A stretch of DNA of 64,000 nucleotides, taken from Eledone cirrhosa (taxonomy: Eukaryota). The translations under genes were made by a program, and so were the position numbers. Where the stretch lies: contig OZ024758.1 in assembly GCA_964016885.1 (NCBI GenBank), positions 15,996,001 to 16,060,000 of the forward strand, given 5' to 3'. The notes below the pieces were generated by a model. The model was not told the DNA's origin. It saw only the letters and a program-made list of their open reading frames with translations, and searched no databases. This document shows, in pieces, positions 13,245 to 26,851 of the stretch (within the stretch, counting starts at the first letter, position 1; each line of letters begins with the position of its first letter).

Positions 13245-13438
13245 AGTTTTAATATAGATGAGATTCTACAGGACTAGAACTGTTTCATTCTTTAGAAATC
13301 ATCAGGATTCCTGATGATTTCTAAAGAATGAAACAGTTCTAGTCCTGTAGAATCTCATCTATATTAAAACTTTTATACTCTGCAATGTATTGAGTACCTT
13401 ACTTACTGTGGTTACCTCCGATTCAACCCGGAATAACG
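13245..13438 (+). mobile_element. Family A fold-back mini-element, copy 2
   Basis: Palindrome 13245-13371 centred on 13308, plus the same 3' tail as copy 1. (TA)n flanks. Confidence 0.8.
13306..13354 (+). ncRNA. Type I hammerhead ribozyme motif (family A)
   Basis: GATTC CTGATGA TTTC TAAA GAAT GAAA CAG TTCTAGTC CTG TA GAATC: stem I GATTC/GAATC, stem III CAG/CTG, GUA site with predicted cut after 13349. Confidence 0.8.
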
Positions 13439-13451
13439 TATATATATATAT

Positions 13452-13671
13452 AGTAATAATAATAAATTTGAAGACTAAAATCCAAAGAGGGCTCGATAAG
13501 GATAAATATATATCAAATATATAAGAACCGTAGAGCAAATATTTATTCAATAACAGATTAAAGTTTAAGCAAAGAATCGCTGCTTTCACCCTTAACGGGA
13601 TCTTCTGAAACAGTAGATCCCGTTAAGGGTGAAAGCAGCGATTCTTTGCTTAAACTTTAATCTGTTATTTA

Positions 13672-13679
<8 letters not shown>
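13452..13679. mobile_element. Family D element with fold-back (~13539-13679) and variant hammerhead
   Basis: About 70-bp arms centred on 13609. The non-inverted copy is at 40300-40440. Confidence 0.7.
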
Positions 13680-14081
<402 letters not shown>

Positions 14082-14082
<1 letters not shown>

Positions 14083-14268
14083 TGAAGGCGTGTGGCTGAG
14101 TGGTTAGGGAATTGGATTCGCAGGCGATGCGTTATGTCCTTGAGCAAGACACTTTATTTCACGTTGCTCCTTCTACCTGGAGTTGCGACCGATAGATAGT
14201 ATTAGCAATTGGAAAGACCAACGGAAACATTGTTCCCTCGGTCCGATTTGACGAAAGTCGATCGTTCC
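14082..14268 (+). mobile_element. CORE-type SINE with internal deletion of the B-box region
   Basis: gaaggcgtgtggctgagtggtt head and tgtccttgagcaagacacttt core. Confidence 0.8.
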
Positions 14269-14397
14269 TAAAAAAAAAATATATATATATATATGTATAT
14301 AAGTATATATATATATACATATACATATATGTATATATATATGTATATATATGTGTATATATATATATGTATATAAGTATATATATATGTATGTAAG

Positions 14398-14461
<64 letters not shown>

Positions 14462-14579
14462 TAAGATGTATGGTAGGTCGTATGTGAATCGCGATGATCA
14501 CGGCTGTCGGCAATAAACTTGTTATAATGTCATAATAGTTCCTTTGTTCTTTTTCACTAATATATATATATATATAAAT

Positions 14580-14610
<31 letters not shown>

Positions 14611-15045
14611 CCGTTCTAAATTTTTGAGAACCTCGTAAAGCTGTGACACGAGGAGAGATCGATAAATCGGGTAATCGTTGCTGATCATGTATGGAAAAAC
14701 GGAAACCACCTTCCCCTGTGGGATGAAGTTAAAACAATAGACAGGAACACCACTGGAAAACACGAAAACTAAAAGAGGCAGCACATATGTTAGGACACAA
14801 TAACCCCCTAAGCAGACCTAGTGCAGATTTGAGTAGTATATGGGAACTGGTATTGAGGAAGGATAGAAAAATATCAGTTTATAAGCCCTAAAAAATAGAA
14901 AAAAAAAGTGGTTAAAAAGCGGGCTACTAACCTGAAGATTCCGAGTACAATTATAGGCAGTGACCTGAAAAAACGTTAATAATAACATCATTAGGACACC
15001 TGATGAAGCCTGGAAAGTACATCAGCCGAAATAGCAAGAAGAGGA

Positions 15046-15081
15046 TCTTAACGTTTCGGACGCTAGTCCTTCATCAGAAGA
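15046..15081 (-). ncRNA. Minimal hammerhead motif (family J)
   Basis: Minus strand TCTT CTGATGA AGGA CTAGCG TCC GAAA CG TT AAGA. The homologous plus-strand copy is at 43632-43667. Confidence 0.65.
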
Positions 15082-15201
15082 AAGAATGAGAAATTAGATA
15101 GATTGAGGGGACGGCTGGGTTGGAATTGGAAAAAATGTCTTTACATGAAATATATATATATATATATATATATAAGTAGTAACACAACAGTTAGTTCACC
15201 A

Positions 15202-15244
15202 TACCGAGAACAATTGTTTCACCCTAGCGGATCTTCAGCTCGTA
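15202..15244 (-). ncRNA. Minimal hammerhead motif (family B, copy 2)
   Basis: Minus strand TACGAG CTGAAGA TCCGCTAGGGT GAAA CAATTG TT CTCGGTA. Among core positions it differs from copy 1 only at the variable N7. Confidence 0.7.
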
Positions 15245-15282
15245 CTCCATATAAAATAGAGTTTATGCGCTCTCATCCTATT

Positions 15283-15454
<172 letters not shown>

Positions 15455-15614
15455 TCTAAATTTGAGCTATGTTAGAGGAGTTTCAATGGAAGTATTTAGC
15501 CACATAATTCTGTTATAGATGTAATGATTCTTTACTGTTTTACTATTGTAAATTTTATGAGCAGAGATTTATAATTTCCTTTCTTTTTGAATTTGGAATT
15601 AGCGCAGCCATTAG

Positions 15615-16016
<402 letters not shown>

Positions 16017-16683
16017 TCCTAATAATATTGACTGGTAAAAACAATAAGCTATTTCAAATAATTTTAAAATATTTTGTATCGATTTATCATATATTAACTA
16101 ATAGTTAAAACGGATCGATCATAACCCAGCAACTTCAAAATTTATTGGCAAAGGTTTAGCTATTTCTGACAAACAAGCCATTTTTCAGTTGGAAAATGAT
16201 TTAATGCGAACAGATGGGGAAAAAAGAACACAAAAGGCCTTCAGTCATATTTTAAATTTAGTGTGTGTTATCGTTAAAATGGCGTGCATATTTCCTGAAA
16301 CTACAAGTATTTCATCCGTAGCCAGACAAGATCTATGACATTTAGATATAAACCTGAATTAATGGTTTAAGTAGAATATAATTTTTGTTATTTTTATTGA
16401 ATGTTTAGTGAAGCATAGCTTCGTGCTCAAGAATTTCTTTCTGCAACTACGTGGTTTTGGGGACGATCCTACATAATCGTTCCTACGGTGTAAATGAGAT
16501 GTTAACCCGATTAGTAACCTAATTATCAAATAAAATGTGTAAGTAACAATAAAGTCGTCGCTTTTTGAAGTTTGATTCTAAACCTATTTCTCCCCATCAG
16601 TAAGAAGGTACCATGAACAGAATAATTTTACCTCGTTACTCACAGATAACAACCTTGGACATTTTCGAGTGATAAAGAGCTCA

Positions 16684-17111
16684 CCGTATTTCCCGACGCC
16701 GAAGACGCTTCGTCCTCGAGAACGCACCCTAATTTTGGCAACCAAAAATTTGAAAAAACCAAAAAAACCCCCCCCCCCCCAAAAAAAAACAACCTTCGGC
16801 CTCTAAGACGCATGGTAGATTTTTGAGACTTATTTTAGGAAAAAAGTAGCGTCTTCAGCAAAGGCGCGTGGCTGAGTGGTAAGATAATTGGATTCACAAT
16901 TGTGAGGTTGTAAGTTCGATTCCTGGACCGGGCGATGCGTTATGTCTTTGAGCAAGACACTTTATCTCACGTTGCGCCTTTTACCTGGAGTTGCGACCGA
17001 TAGATAGTATTAGCAATTGGAAAGATCAACGGAAACATTGTTTCCTCGGTCCGATTTGACGAAAGTCGATCAACTATATAGTAGTAGCGTCTTCGACGCC
17101 GGGAAATACGG
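16684..17111. mobile_element. Tc2/pogo-like MITE interrupted by a CORE SINE
   Basis: TIRs ccgtatttcccgacgccgaagacgct / agcgtcttcgacgccgggaaatacgg. A related copy lies at ~34397-34540. Confidence 0.7.
16858..17082 (+). mobile_element. Full-length CORE-type SINE with target-site duplication
   Basis: A and B boxes plus core; agtagcgtcttc is duplicated on both sides. Confidence 0.85.
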
Positions 17112-17219
17112 CAAATGATACATTTTAAATCCTGTTTTGTGAGAGATTGGTGTATATTTTATCGGGTACAATCACCTTCATGATTCCATTTTCCATATTA
17201 TTATTTTAATTCTCTCATT

Positions 17220-17440
17220 GGCGGTGGATTGGCAGTATCGGTAGAGGGTCGGACGCCATGCTTTCCAGCATAGTTACGTCCCTTTACGATCTGAGTTCAA
17301 ATCCCGCCGAGGTTGACTTTGCCTTTCATCCTTACGGGGTCGATAAAATAAAGTACCAGTAACGTACTGGTGTCGATTTAATCGACTTTCCCCTCCCCCC
17401 AAATTACTGGCCTTGTGCCTATACTAGAAATCATTATTTT
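17220..17440 (+). mobile_element. Full-length Meta-type SINE
   Basis: ggcggtggattggcagtatcgg (A box), gagttcaaatccc (B box), Meta-like core and tail. Confidence 0.85.
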
Positions 17441-17682
17441 AATTCCCTCCCAAATTTTATTTTCTCTTATTTTTATGTACGAGGCCCGGTTTAAAAACTC
17501 ATGGAGTGACTAGATGAGATATATTTTTCAATTTACCTATAAATAACAATGCAGTTATAAATAAGAAGAGCTGAAATGAATGCATGCAAGATTTCACAGC
17601 TCTAGCATCACTCCGTCATAGTCAGTCTATAAACATTTCAACCCACCATCTTGTGTATTATATATATATATATATATATATA

Positions 17683-17890
17683 TTGGAAATGTGTGAAATC
17701 CTTGGTACAGTTAGGTATAATTGAAAAAAGGAAAAGAATGACTTCACTTGTAGTTCTAAACAATTTAATTTTATTTTATAATATTCTAATATTAGGAGTT
17801 GGCAGATCTACCAACTCATAATATTATATTAGAATATTATAAAATTAAATCAAATCGTTTAGAACTACAAGTGAAGTCATTCTTTTCCTT

Positions 17891-17895
<5 letters not shown>
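17683..17895. mobile_element. Family F fold-back mini-element in (TA)n
   Basis: Inverted arms gaaaaaaggaaaagaatgacttcacttgtag... with a one-sided tail. A second copy is at 36304-36478. No hammerhead core seen. Confidence 0.6.
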
Positions 17896-17934
<39 letters not shown>

Positions 17935-17938
<4 letters not shown>

Positions 17939-18520
17939 CACAAGAATCAAAGCTATGTTCAAAGCATTTATTCACTTACAATTGTTTCATCCAAACCTAG
18001 GCTTGGAGTCTTCGGAGCATTTTTCAATGTTTGTACACATAATTGACCTTCTTTCCAACGCAAGAGACATACAGATACATATATATATATTGATGTACAG
18101 TGGAGTGGCATATATTATACTATACTATTTTTGTACAGCAATTCAAAATCAAAATCAAAATCAAAATCAAAATCAAAATCAAAATCAAAATCAAAATCAA
18201 AATCAAAATAAAAATCAAAATCAAAATTAAAATACAAAGGAGGTCAATTATGTGTACAAACATTGAAAAATGCTCCGAAGATTCCAAGCCTAGGTTTGGA
18301 TGAAACAATTGTAAGTGAATAAATGCTTTGAACATAGTTTTGATTCTTGTGAATTCTATATAACTGCTCTGTAGAACAACTGATGTTATGACATTGAACT
18401 ATTTATCTTACTGGTAATGAGGTAGTAATAAATTACTGACCTTCACTGTTTAGGGTTTAAAATATACATAACTATAAAAAGTTTTAATATATACATAACC
18501 ATAAATAGAATCCCTAATAT
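17935..18520 (+). mobile_element. Family G fold-back element with hammerhead variant
   Basis: Arms 17935-18049 and 18241-18355; the spacer contains (CAAAAT)n. TGCT CCGAAGA TTCCAAGC CTAG GTTTGGAT GAAA CAATTG TA AGTG at 18271-18317. Confidence 0.7.
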
Positions 18521-18656
18521 TATATATATATATATATATATATGATTCCAGTTCCTCAAAGAAATAACAACCCAACCAGGAACTGGACATATCGGAGTAT
18601 TGACGGAGTAAAACACTTCAACAACATGTGTACCTGACTCTACCACACCAATTCGG

Positions 18657-18711
18657 ACTGCCTGAAGAGGTCACAGCCAATGATGGCTGTCACCGAAATA
18701 TATATAGCAGT
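18657..18711 (+). ncRNA. Canonical type I hammerhead ribozyme motif (family H, island 18545-18760)
   Basis: ACTGC CTGAAGA GGTCACAGCCA ATGA TGGCTGTCACC GAAA TATATA TA GCAGT: 5-bp stem I, long stem II, palindromic stem III, AUA site. Confidence 0.85.
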
Positions 18712-18755
18712 ACATCTTTAATAAACGAAGCCAAATTTTAAATATTTGACTTAAT

Positions 18756-18802
<47 letters not shown>

Positions 18803-18806
<4 letters not shown>

Positions 18807-18940
18807 AAGGATCGGAATTAAGAGTATTCCGCAGATCACAGTAATAATAATAATAATAATAATATTAGCTCATATTATTATTATTATTATTATTATTATT
18901 ACTGTGAACTGCGGAATATTCTTAATTCCGATCCTTGTAC
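18803..18940. repeat. Fold-back palindrome with inner (TAA)n/(TTA)n
   Basis: gtacaaggatcggaattaag...cttaattccgatccttgtac directly after (TA)n. Confidence 0.75.
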
Positions 18941-19386
18941 TTAACGAGCTCCAAATTGTTGAGTTAATAAATTCGAATGGTTGGGCTGCTCTCTCTAGCA
19001 TTTCCCCCAATCCATGAGAACCGTTATTTGATGCAAATAACACGTGATTTCGCCCTACCCTGGGCAGCGTGTATATTAGCTTTCTCTCTATCCACGAGGC
19101 TAGATGTGTAGTAAACAGAATCCACATTTGCTGACTGAGGAACCTGTGGGCTGTTAAACTGCACATTTCTGTGGCGAAACGAACTTAATTCGTATCAGCA
19201 AGCTTATAGTTATAAGGTTAGTAATTTAAAACTCTACTTCAGTAATTTGATTCTGACTTAGGTTTTTTTCTATTTAATTGCTAAACCTGTAGATATTGTT
19301 TTCTATACAGTAACGGTAAAAATCACTTGTAATAATCCTTTACACACATTTCACTGTGTAACACACGTCTATTTGTGTAATATATT

Positions 19387-19477
<91 letters not shown>

Positions 19478-20286
19478 GAAGTGAGTTGAACTGTTCATAT
19501 TCTGACCAACCAAGATACTCTCATGGAATGACCAAATGAGGTATATTTTTCAGCATAGTCCCTGTAAAGACCCCCCCCCCAAAAAAAAAACACAATGTAA
19601 TTATAAATAAGAGGAGGAGTTGAAATTTATGCATGCAAGATTTCACAGCTCTAGCATCACTCCTTCTTAGTCAGCCTATGAACCTTTTCAGAAGACTGTT
19701 GTACATGTTTCTTCGTCGGCTCGACCACAAAATAATGTAATTCATCTCTGTAGGCAGTTAGAGATTAATGACTTTTTAGTTGGTTTACTGTAATGAGTTT
19801 TAATTATTGTCAAGAGAAAATCTAATTACGACAAACAACCTCCACCACCACCACCACCACCACCACCGTCTTCTCATCGCTACATAAACCGAAGCTAAGA
19901 AACAGTCGTAAATGTCTTAGTGATTTAGAAAATATACAGCTCTCATTCTATGAGGAATTTGATGTTTTTATCAACTGGCTTATATTTTCATTCTGCAGAT
20001 TTCATACTACATTTGTTAGACTACTTCTACAAACAAGATTAGTGAAGGCTAACTAAACTACAATAAGAATCTTTCCTATACTATAAATCATAGAGATTTC
20101 GTAGATTTTAATTATAAAACGAGTTATTTACTTAAGAAAATAGAAAGTTTGTCTGGTTAATGTACTTTTTGTCTGGTTAATATACTTTTTGTATTACGCT
20201 TTTATGACAGTTCTTCAAAATAACTACAGTCTGTTCGCTTTTTTCGCGAACTTGAAGTACACGGCGAATTCGCTTTAACGCTTTTT

Positions 20287-20630
20287 TGGATTGGCAGAAT
20301 CGGTAGAGCGTCAGACACTATGCTTCGCGGTATAGGGTTATGACCCTTTACGTTCTGAGTTCAACCCCAGTGCATTACTGGTACTTTATTTTATCGACCT
20401 CATGAGGATGAAACGGTTGGCAGTAATTGGTAGAGCGTCGGGTAATATGCTTTTTGGCATATAGTTACGGCCCTTTACGTTCTGAGTTCAAATCTCGGCG
20501 GGGTTAGCTTTGTCCTTCATCCTCACTGGGTCAATAAAATAAAGTACCAGTAATGAACTGAGGTCGATTTAATCGACTTTCCCCTTTTCCAAAAAATTGC
20601 TGGCCCTGTGCCTAAAGTAGAAACAATTAT
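20287..20630. mobile_element. Cluster of Meta-type SINE pieces in both orientations
   Basis: Two plus-strand heads and a short inverted core piece at ~20365-20412. Confidence 0.7.
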
Positions 20631-22269
20631 TCGGCTTTTCTGTGTTCAGACCTGGTGTACAGCATCAGTTATCCGCAAGGAAGTGTGTGTGACAGCTCAC
20701 ACCTATGCAGGTTTAGCTGGCCTCCTCCAAGGTATATCTCCTCCAAGGTATATCTCTATGCTGCGTCCGACCCTCTACCGATACTGCCAATCTAATAATA
20801 ATAATAATCAGGTGGATCGCTAAGGATAATTAGCAATGAGAAGTAGAGCTTTATGCTTTGGGGAAGGTGAGATTAGGGAGTTATTTTTCAGGTAACGGTT
20901 GTAGGAGAGAGATATTTCCACCAGGCGAAACTTGCTGAGAACTTTAACCGAAAGTGTTTAAGGATAAATTAGTGTTGAAAACATGTGAAATATTGCTTTG
21001 ACTTTTACTGCGGCTGCGAAGCGTAGATGGCCATTCTGGAAGAAAAATTCAAGGTGTGCTTCGAACAAAGGTAAAGTTCACCTTGGCAGGATTTCAACGC
21101 AAAACGTAAAAAAGCCAGAATTAGTATCAAAATGTTTTATCCAACGTTCTACCGATTTTGCCAATCCACCATCTTGAAACGTGTGTTATAATGCTTGTAT
21201 GTTTGTCTATTAATTATTGCGCTAATTTTAAGAGAAATATTTCATGAATGCGCGTGAATACAGGTAACGGTCGTAGGAGAGAGATATTTCCACCAGGTGA
21301 AACTTGCTGAGAACTTTAACCGAAAGTGTGTTTAAGGATAAATTAGTGTTGAAAAGATGTGAAATATTGCTTTGACTATTACTGGATGAACTGTCGACTA
21401 AACTGGTGTCGTATTAACGCTCGTGCAAATTTATAATATAATCTTAGAATGAAAATATACTGTTTTAATGATCACCACTAGAATATAGAAAGCTTTCAAT
21501 CCATTAAATTTTATTCCACTTGCAATCGAATCTTGACTTTGGCGAATTTATTGGCGGAAACCAACAGGAAATTGGTTGCCAAATTGTCATTAGAGTCGAA
21601 TATAGCGAATACCCTTTTCAACGTCATCGAAATCGTCACTAAGTTGCATTTCTTATTGATAATATAATAATGAAATTAAAGCCTTTCTTTAGTATGTGTG
21701 GCTTTCGTTTTAGGAGAATAGAGACTCGTTGGCCTCCGGTGATACAAGTACTTCATTGAGAATTCAAAAGCATGAACCGTTTAAAAACAAAACAAAAAAG
21801 GATGGTGTTTGTCTGTAGACAGCGTTACAAATGCATCCTCAGCATGCACGATACAAATGTTATTGCTTGATGTCGGATCGAAAGAATAAAATGCACGTTT
21901 TATTGATTTTATTCTGTTCTTATTGCTTTCGTTAAAGCAGTAGTGTAGCCTAATAACAACTTCTAAGAATTTGCCGCAGTAAATAAATGACATCTGCACA
22001 TTTTTTTTAACCTGTGTGTTTTAGGATTTTTTTTTCTATTCTTCAAACAACTATAAAGGCAAAATGTGTCCAGTATTTCTTAGAGAATGACAATAATCTG
22101 AAGAAAATTTCCTATTACTGTTGTTCTATGTGTGGACATTTTTCTGAAGACTTTCCGAAGACTTTCTTTACCAAGTTCCAGCAATAAACCTGGAATGATC
22201 TGTTGATCCTTAAAATGACCAAAATAGATTTCTCAACGATATCTCGTATCATCTTATAAATGAACTATT

Positions 22270-23290
22270 TGTGTGTGTGTATATGTGTGTGTATGTGTGT
22301 ATATGTATGTGTGTATATGTGTGTGTATGTATGTGTATGTATGTATGTGTATGTATGTATGTGTGTATATGTGTATGTATGTGTGTGTGTGTATATATGT
22401 GTGTGTGTGTATGTGTGTATATGTGTGTGTATGTGCGTGTGTGTTAATTGTGTGTGTATATATGTGTATAAGTGTATGTGAGTATGTGTGTATGTTTATG
22501 TGTGTATGTGTATGTGTGTGTATGCGTGTATGTGTGTTAATTGGCGTGTATATATGTGTATAAGTGTATGTGAGTATGTGTGTGTTTATATGTGTATGTG
22601 TATATATGTGTCTATTTATGTATGTGCATGTGTGTGTATGTGTGTTAATTGTGCATGTATATATGTGTATTAGTGTGAGTATGTGTGTATGTATGTATGT
22701 ATGTATCTTTGTATCTATGCATGTATAGCTATGTGTGTGTACGTGTCTGTGTGTGTGTGTATGTGTGTATGTACGTGTATATGTATGTACGTATATGTAT
22801 ATATGTGTATGTCCATATATATTTATGTATATGTCTGTATATCTATGTATATCTGTGTATGTATATGTCGATATGTACATATATGTGTATATGTATATGT
22901 CCATGTATATGTCTGTATATCTATGTATATATGTCTATGTCTATATATCTATGTGTCTATGCATGTGTATGTGTGTATGTTTGTGTATGTATATGTTGAT
23001 ATGTACATATATGTGTATGTGTATATGTCCATGTATATGTCTGTATATCTATGTATATATGTCTATGTCTATATATCTATGTGTCTATGCATGTGTATGT
23101 GTGTATGTTTGTGTATGTATATGTTGATATGTACATATATGTGTATGTGTATATGTCCATGTATATGTCTGTATATCTATGTATACGTGTCTATGTCTAT
23201 ATATGTATGTATATGTGTGTATGTTTGTGTATGTATATGTTAATATGTACGTGTATGTGTATGTGTATTTGCTCATGTATATATGTCTGT
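22270..23290. repeat. Degenerate (GT)/(GTAT) microsatellite with higher-order duplications
   Basis: Directly visible. Confidence 0.9.
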
Positions 23291-23574
23291 ATTAAACTCG
23301 AATTAAAGGACTGAACTACTCAAGAAAACAATGGCTACCAACATAATTTATATTGTCGTGTACTTGCAACTAATAAGTAGAAATATATTTTTTGTACAGA
23401 ATATTGATTGGAATCGAGATTTCTTGCACACATATCGTCTAAATTTAGATTTTACTGTCATTATCTCATCAACGACAAAGATTTCATCTTCAACCAAAAA
23501 CATCTTTTCAGCCACGTCTACGATATTGAAAGTTAATTGAATGAGCTCTGTGTAAACTTACCAGAAATTATATA

Positions 23575-24275
23575 AGTCTGTTCGTTTTTTAAGCGAAGAT
23601 TCGTTGGTGAAGGTGGCGAGTAAAGCAAATTCGTGCAAAGGAAATATTTAATATGTAGTCTTTACTCTTTCACCTGTTCCAGCCATCCGGCTGAGGCCAT
23701 GCTGGGGCACCTGTTCACTTTTTACGCGAAGATTCGTACGTGAAGGTGGCGAGTAAAGCAAATTCGCGTAATTCAAGTCTTTTATTTCTGATAAATAAAA
23801 AAAAAAAATAAAAACCACTCGCGTTATAGTGCGTTATTCGCACAAAGGGAATATTTGATATACAGTCCGTTCCCTTTTTAACGCGAAGATTCGTTCGTGG
23901 AGGTGGCGAGTAAAGCACATTCGCGTAATTCAAGTCTTTTATTTCTGATAAATAAAAAAAATAAATAAAAACCACTCGCGTTATAGTGCGTTATTCGCAC
24001 AAAGGGAATATTTGATATACAGTCCGTTCCCTTTTTAACGCGAAGATTCGTTCGTGGAGGTGGCGAGTAAAGCACATTCGCGTAATTCAAGTCTTTTATT
24101 TCTGATAAATAAAAAAATAAATAAAACCACTCGCGGTATAGTGCGTTATTCGCACAAAGGGAATATTTAATATACAGTCCGTTCCCTTTTTTACGCGAAG
24201 ATTCGTTCGTGAAGGCGACGAGTTAAGCAAATTCGTGTAATTCAAGTCTTTTATTTCTGATAAATAAAAAAATTG
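23575..24275. repeat. ~156-bp tandem repeat, about 4 copies, CpG-rich
   Basis: cgcgaagattcg restarts at 23725, 23882, 24039 and 24194, with a degenerate copy near 23593. Confidence 0.85.
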
Positions 24276-24885
24276 TCCAGTGAGGAGTCTTGTTCTCTCA
24301 GTCGCTTCACGCCACGAAATCGGGATAAACACTGGTCTAACGAACCTCATGGCTTAAGACAGACTTTAGCGCCATTACATCTCACAAGAAATGAAAAATA
24401 AAATCAGTTACGATGCACATTTCCACTGCTTTTCCTAACAGAGACATTTCAGACATCGTACAACGGTGACATGACAAGTGACATATTTTCTTACTCATCG
24501 CAATTAACCACACTCAAGTTATTTCTGACGTTCAAAATAATCAAGGACGTCTTTTTATTTCTTAAATTTGTGATCTGTAATTAAATTGTCAATTAATCTT
24601 ATTTCCCGATGCTACTTTCTCATGTTTTCTCAGTATTTCGACACGGTAAGTTAGTTACTACAAGGCCAGCAAGCAAAGGTGAAAGCGAAACTTCCTTGGA
24701 CGAAGCCTAAACTCCCAGAAGCGTTCAGAATTTTCTCTCCTTTGATCGATCGACCTAGGAATATGGTTGGCTGACCAGTCAAGGACTTGCGCCGGCCCTG
24801 CGAAAATCATTACTAGTTCATCAACCTCTAGTATTTTTATATGATATTTACAGGGTTTAGATTTACTTAGGAGATAAATTGGAAG

Positions 24886-25428
24886 TACGAGTGGGCTTCA
24901 AAAAGCTCATGGATAAAGGACACTTGGAAAAAACGGTTCAAGCTATGTTTATTTTTCAACATATGCTCCATCTAGGTCAATACATTTCTGCAAGTGTTGA
25001 TACCAGCCTTTAAGTCTATCTGTGTAAAACTGAGGGCCATGTAATTAAAACCATGTCAAAGAAGTTTTTTTTTTTTACATCTTCAACTGGGGATCATCTT
25101 CAACCTCATCACTTCCATTTTTAAAACAACTTATCCATTTGTAAGTTGTTGATTTCTTTGGGGCATTGTCCTCTTAGACTTGCCACAGAGCATCAATGAT
25201 TTGGCTGCTCTGCCACCCCAGCTTCACCATGAATTTGATGTTTTGATGGAAGCCATGTTGCTCGAGCGGGTGATGACTCCCGACTGGCGGTGCCACGTTG
25301 CAACATGTATTTAAGGGTTCATGTTAGAACATATGACACGTTAGTACGAGAATGCATTGAGATAAAAATCCCTGCCTATGACTTTTAGCTATGTACTTTT
25401 TCCACGAACCCTTTGAAGCCCTCTCGTA
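24886..25428 (-). mobile_element. Internally deleted mariner element
   Basis: TIRs TAcgagtgggcttcaaa / tttgaagccctctcgTA. The minus strand encodes LQKCIDLDGAYVEK-stop, matching the mariner transposase C-terminus. Confidence 0.75.
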
Positions 25429-25828
25429 TATATTTCTGAAAGCTTATGGAAGTTTATATTTTTCAAATCAATCTATAATATAGTTAACATTTACCTTCTC
25501 TATGAAGCCGTTTCTCATCTCTAACTTTTACACCTTATTTTTTCCAACTTCTCTTTCTTTCCAATCGATTAATTTTATGCTTTAATCTTTCAAAACATTC
25601 TTAAAACTGTTATTTTATGATAATGTCAATAAAAACCCTTTTTGCATTAAAAAAAAGAGATCAAAACAGACGATAAAGGGATATTTACTCACTAGCGTGT
25701 ATATATTATAGTTGTTAGATTTATTCCCAAATCCATACAAAATCTATCTATCTATCTATCTATCTATCTATTTTCAAACTCGCTCGCTGTTTCAAAACAT
25801 ACTTACTTGTCATATATGTATATTTATA

Positions 25829-25911
<83 letters not shown>

Positions 25912-26211
25912 AACAAATAGTAGAAAGGAAAAAGATTATTTCATTAGAAAATGCTAAAGAGATTCTTTCAGTGTAATATCAAAACATTTATTTATTTATA
26001 AAGAGGATATTTCCGCATTTAATAATGGTACCGGTTTCAGCATTATATGCATTGTCAGCTGCGGATATGCATAATATGATTAAGTTCCATATTTATACAA
26101 ATAATAATAATAAAAAGTGGAAGAAAAATTATTAATTTTTACGTACATATTTTGAAAGGAGAGTTCATATCTCTGTCCGTGTTTGTCCTTCTTTTTCTGT
26201 TAGTTGGCTAT

Positions 26212-26490
26212 ATATCTATCTAGGGCGGGTAAAATTTCCGAGATCCATGAACGAGTTCTCTCCAGCGGTCTCTGTCCCTCATTATCGCTGCCATGTCCTG
26301 CGTCTCCAACAGACTAGTGTCTGTCTTTAGGGCATCAACATATGTTAACCTCGGTCTACCTCTTCCAGTGTGTCCATGCAAGGGCTCCCACTGGAGCACT
26401 GAGTGTAATGTCAACTCTGGATGTCGGTGATCATGTCCAGCTAATCTCAGAGCTGTATGGGAGCCTCCCAAAAGTCAGCTCAAAAGTGGC
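26212..26490 (-). mobile_element. RTE-type LINE 3' end, same family as 877-1095
   Basis: LRLAGH..RHPELTLHSVLQWEPLHGHTGRGRPRLTYVDALK, with a TAGA tail. Confidence 0.8.
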
Positions 26491-26550
<60 letters not shown>

Positions 26551-26851
26551 GTGATATCTGTGTACGTACGTCATCTGAGTGTGTATGTGTTTGATGGCAT
26601 GCCTGTATATATATATATATAGATATATATGTGTGTGTGTTTGTATGGTTTGCGCATATGTGAAGCAATATCCATGTACGTACAGGCGTGTATGTATATA
26701 TGTATGCATATATGGTTATATCTATACACATACATGTGAGTGTGTATGTATGTAAGTATATGGCGGTCGTTATTACGTGTGAAGGCGCCAGTAAATAAAT
26801 AAATACCTTATCCACAATACTATCAACGACCATTGATGGGGTAGGTTCTAA

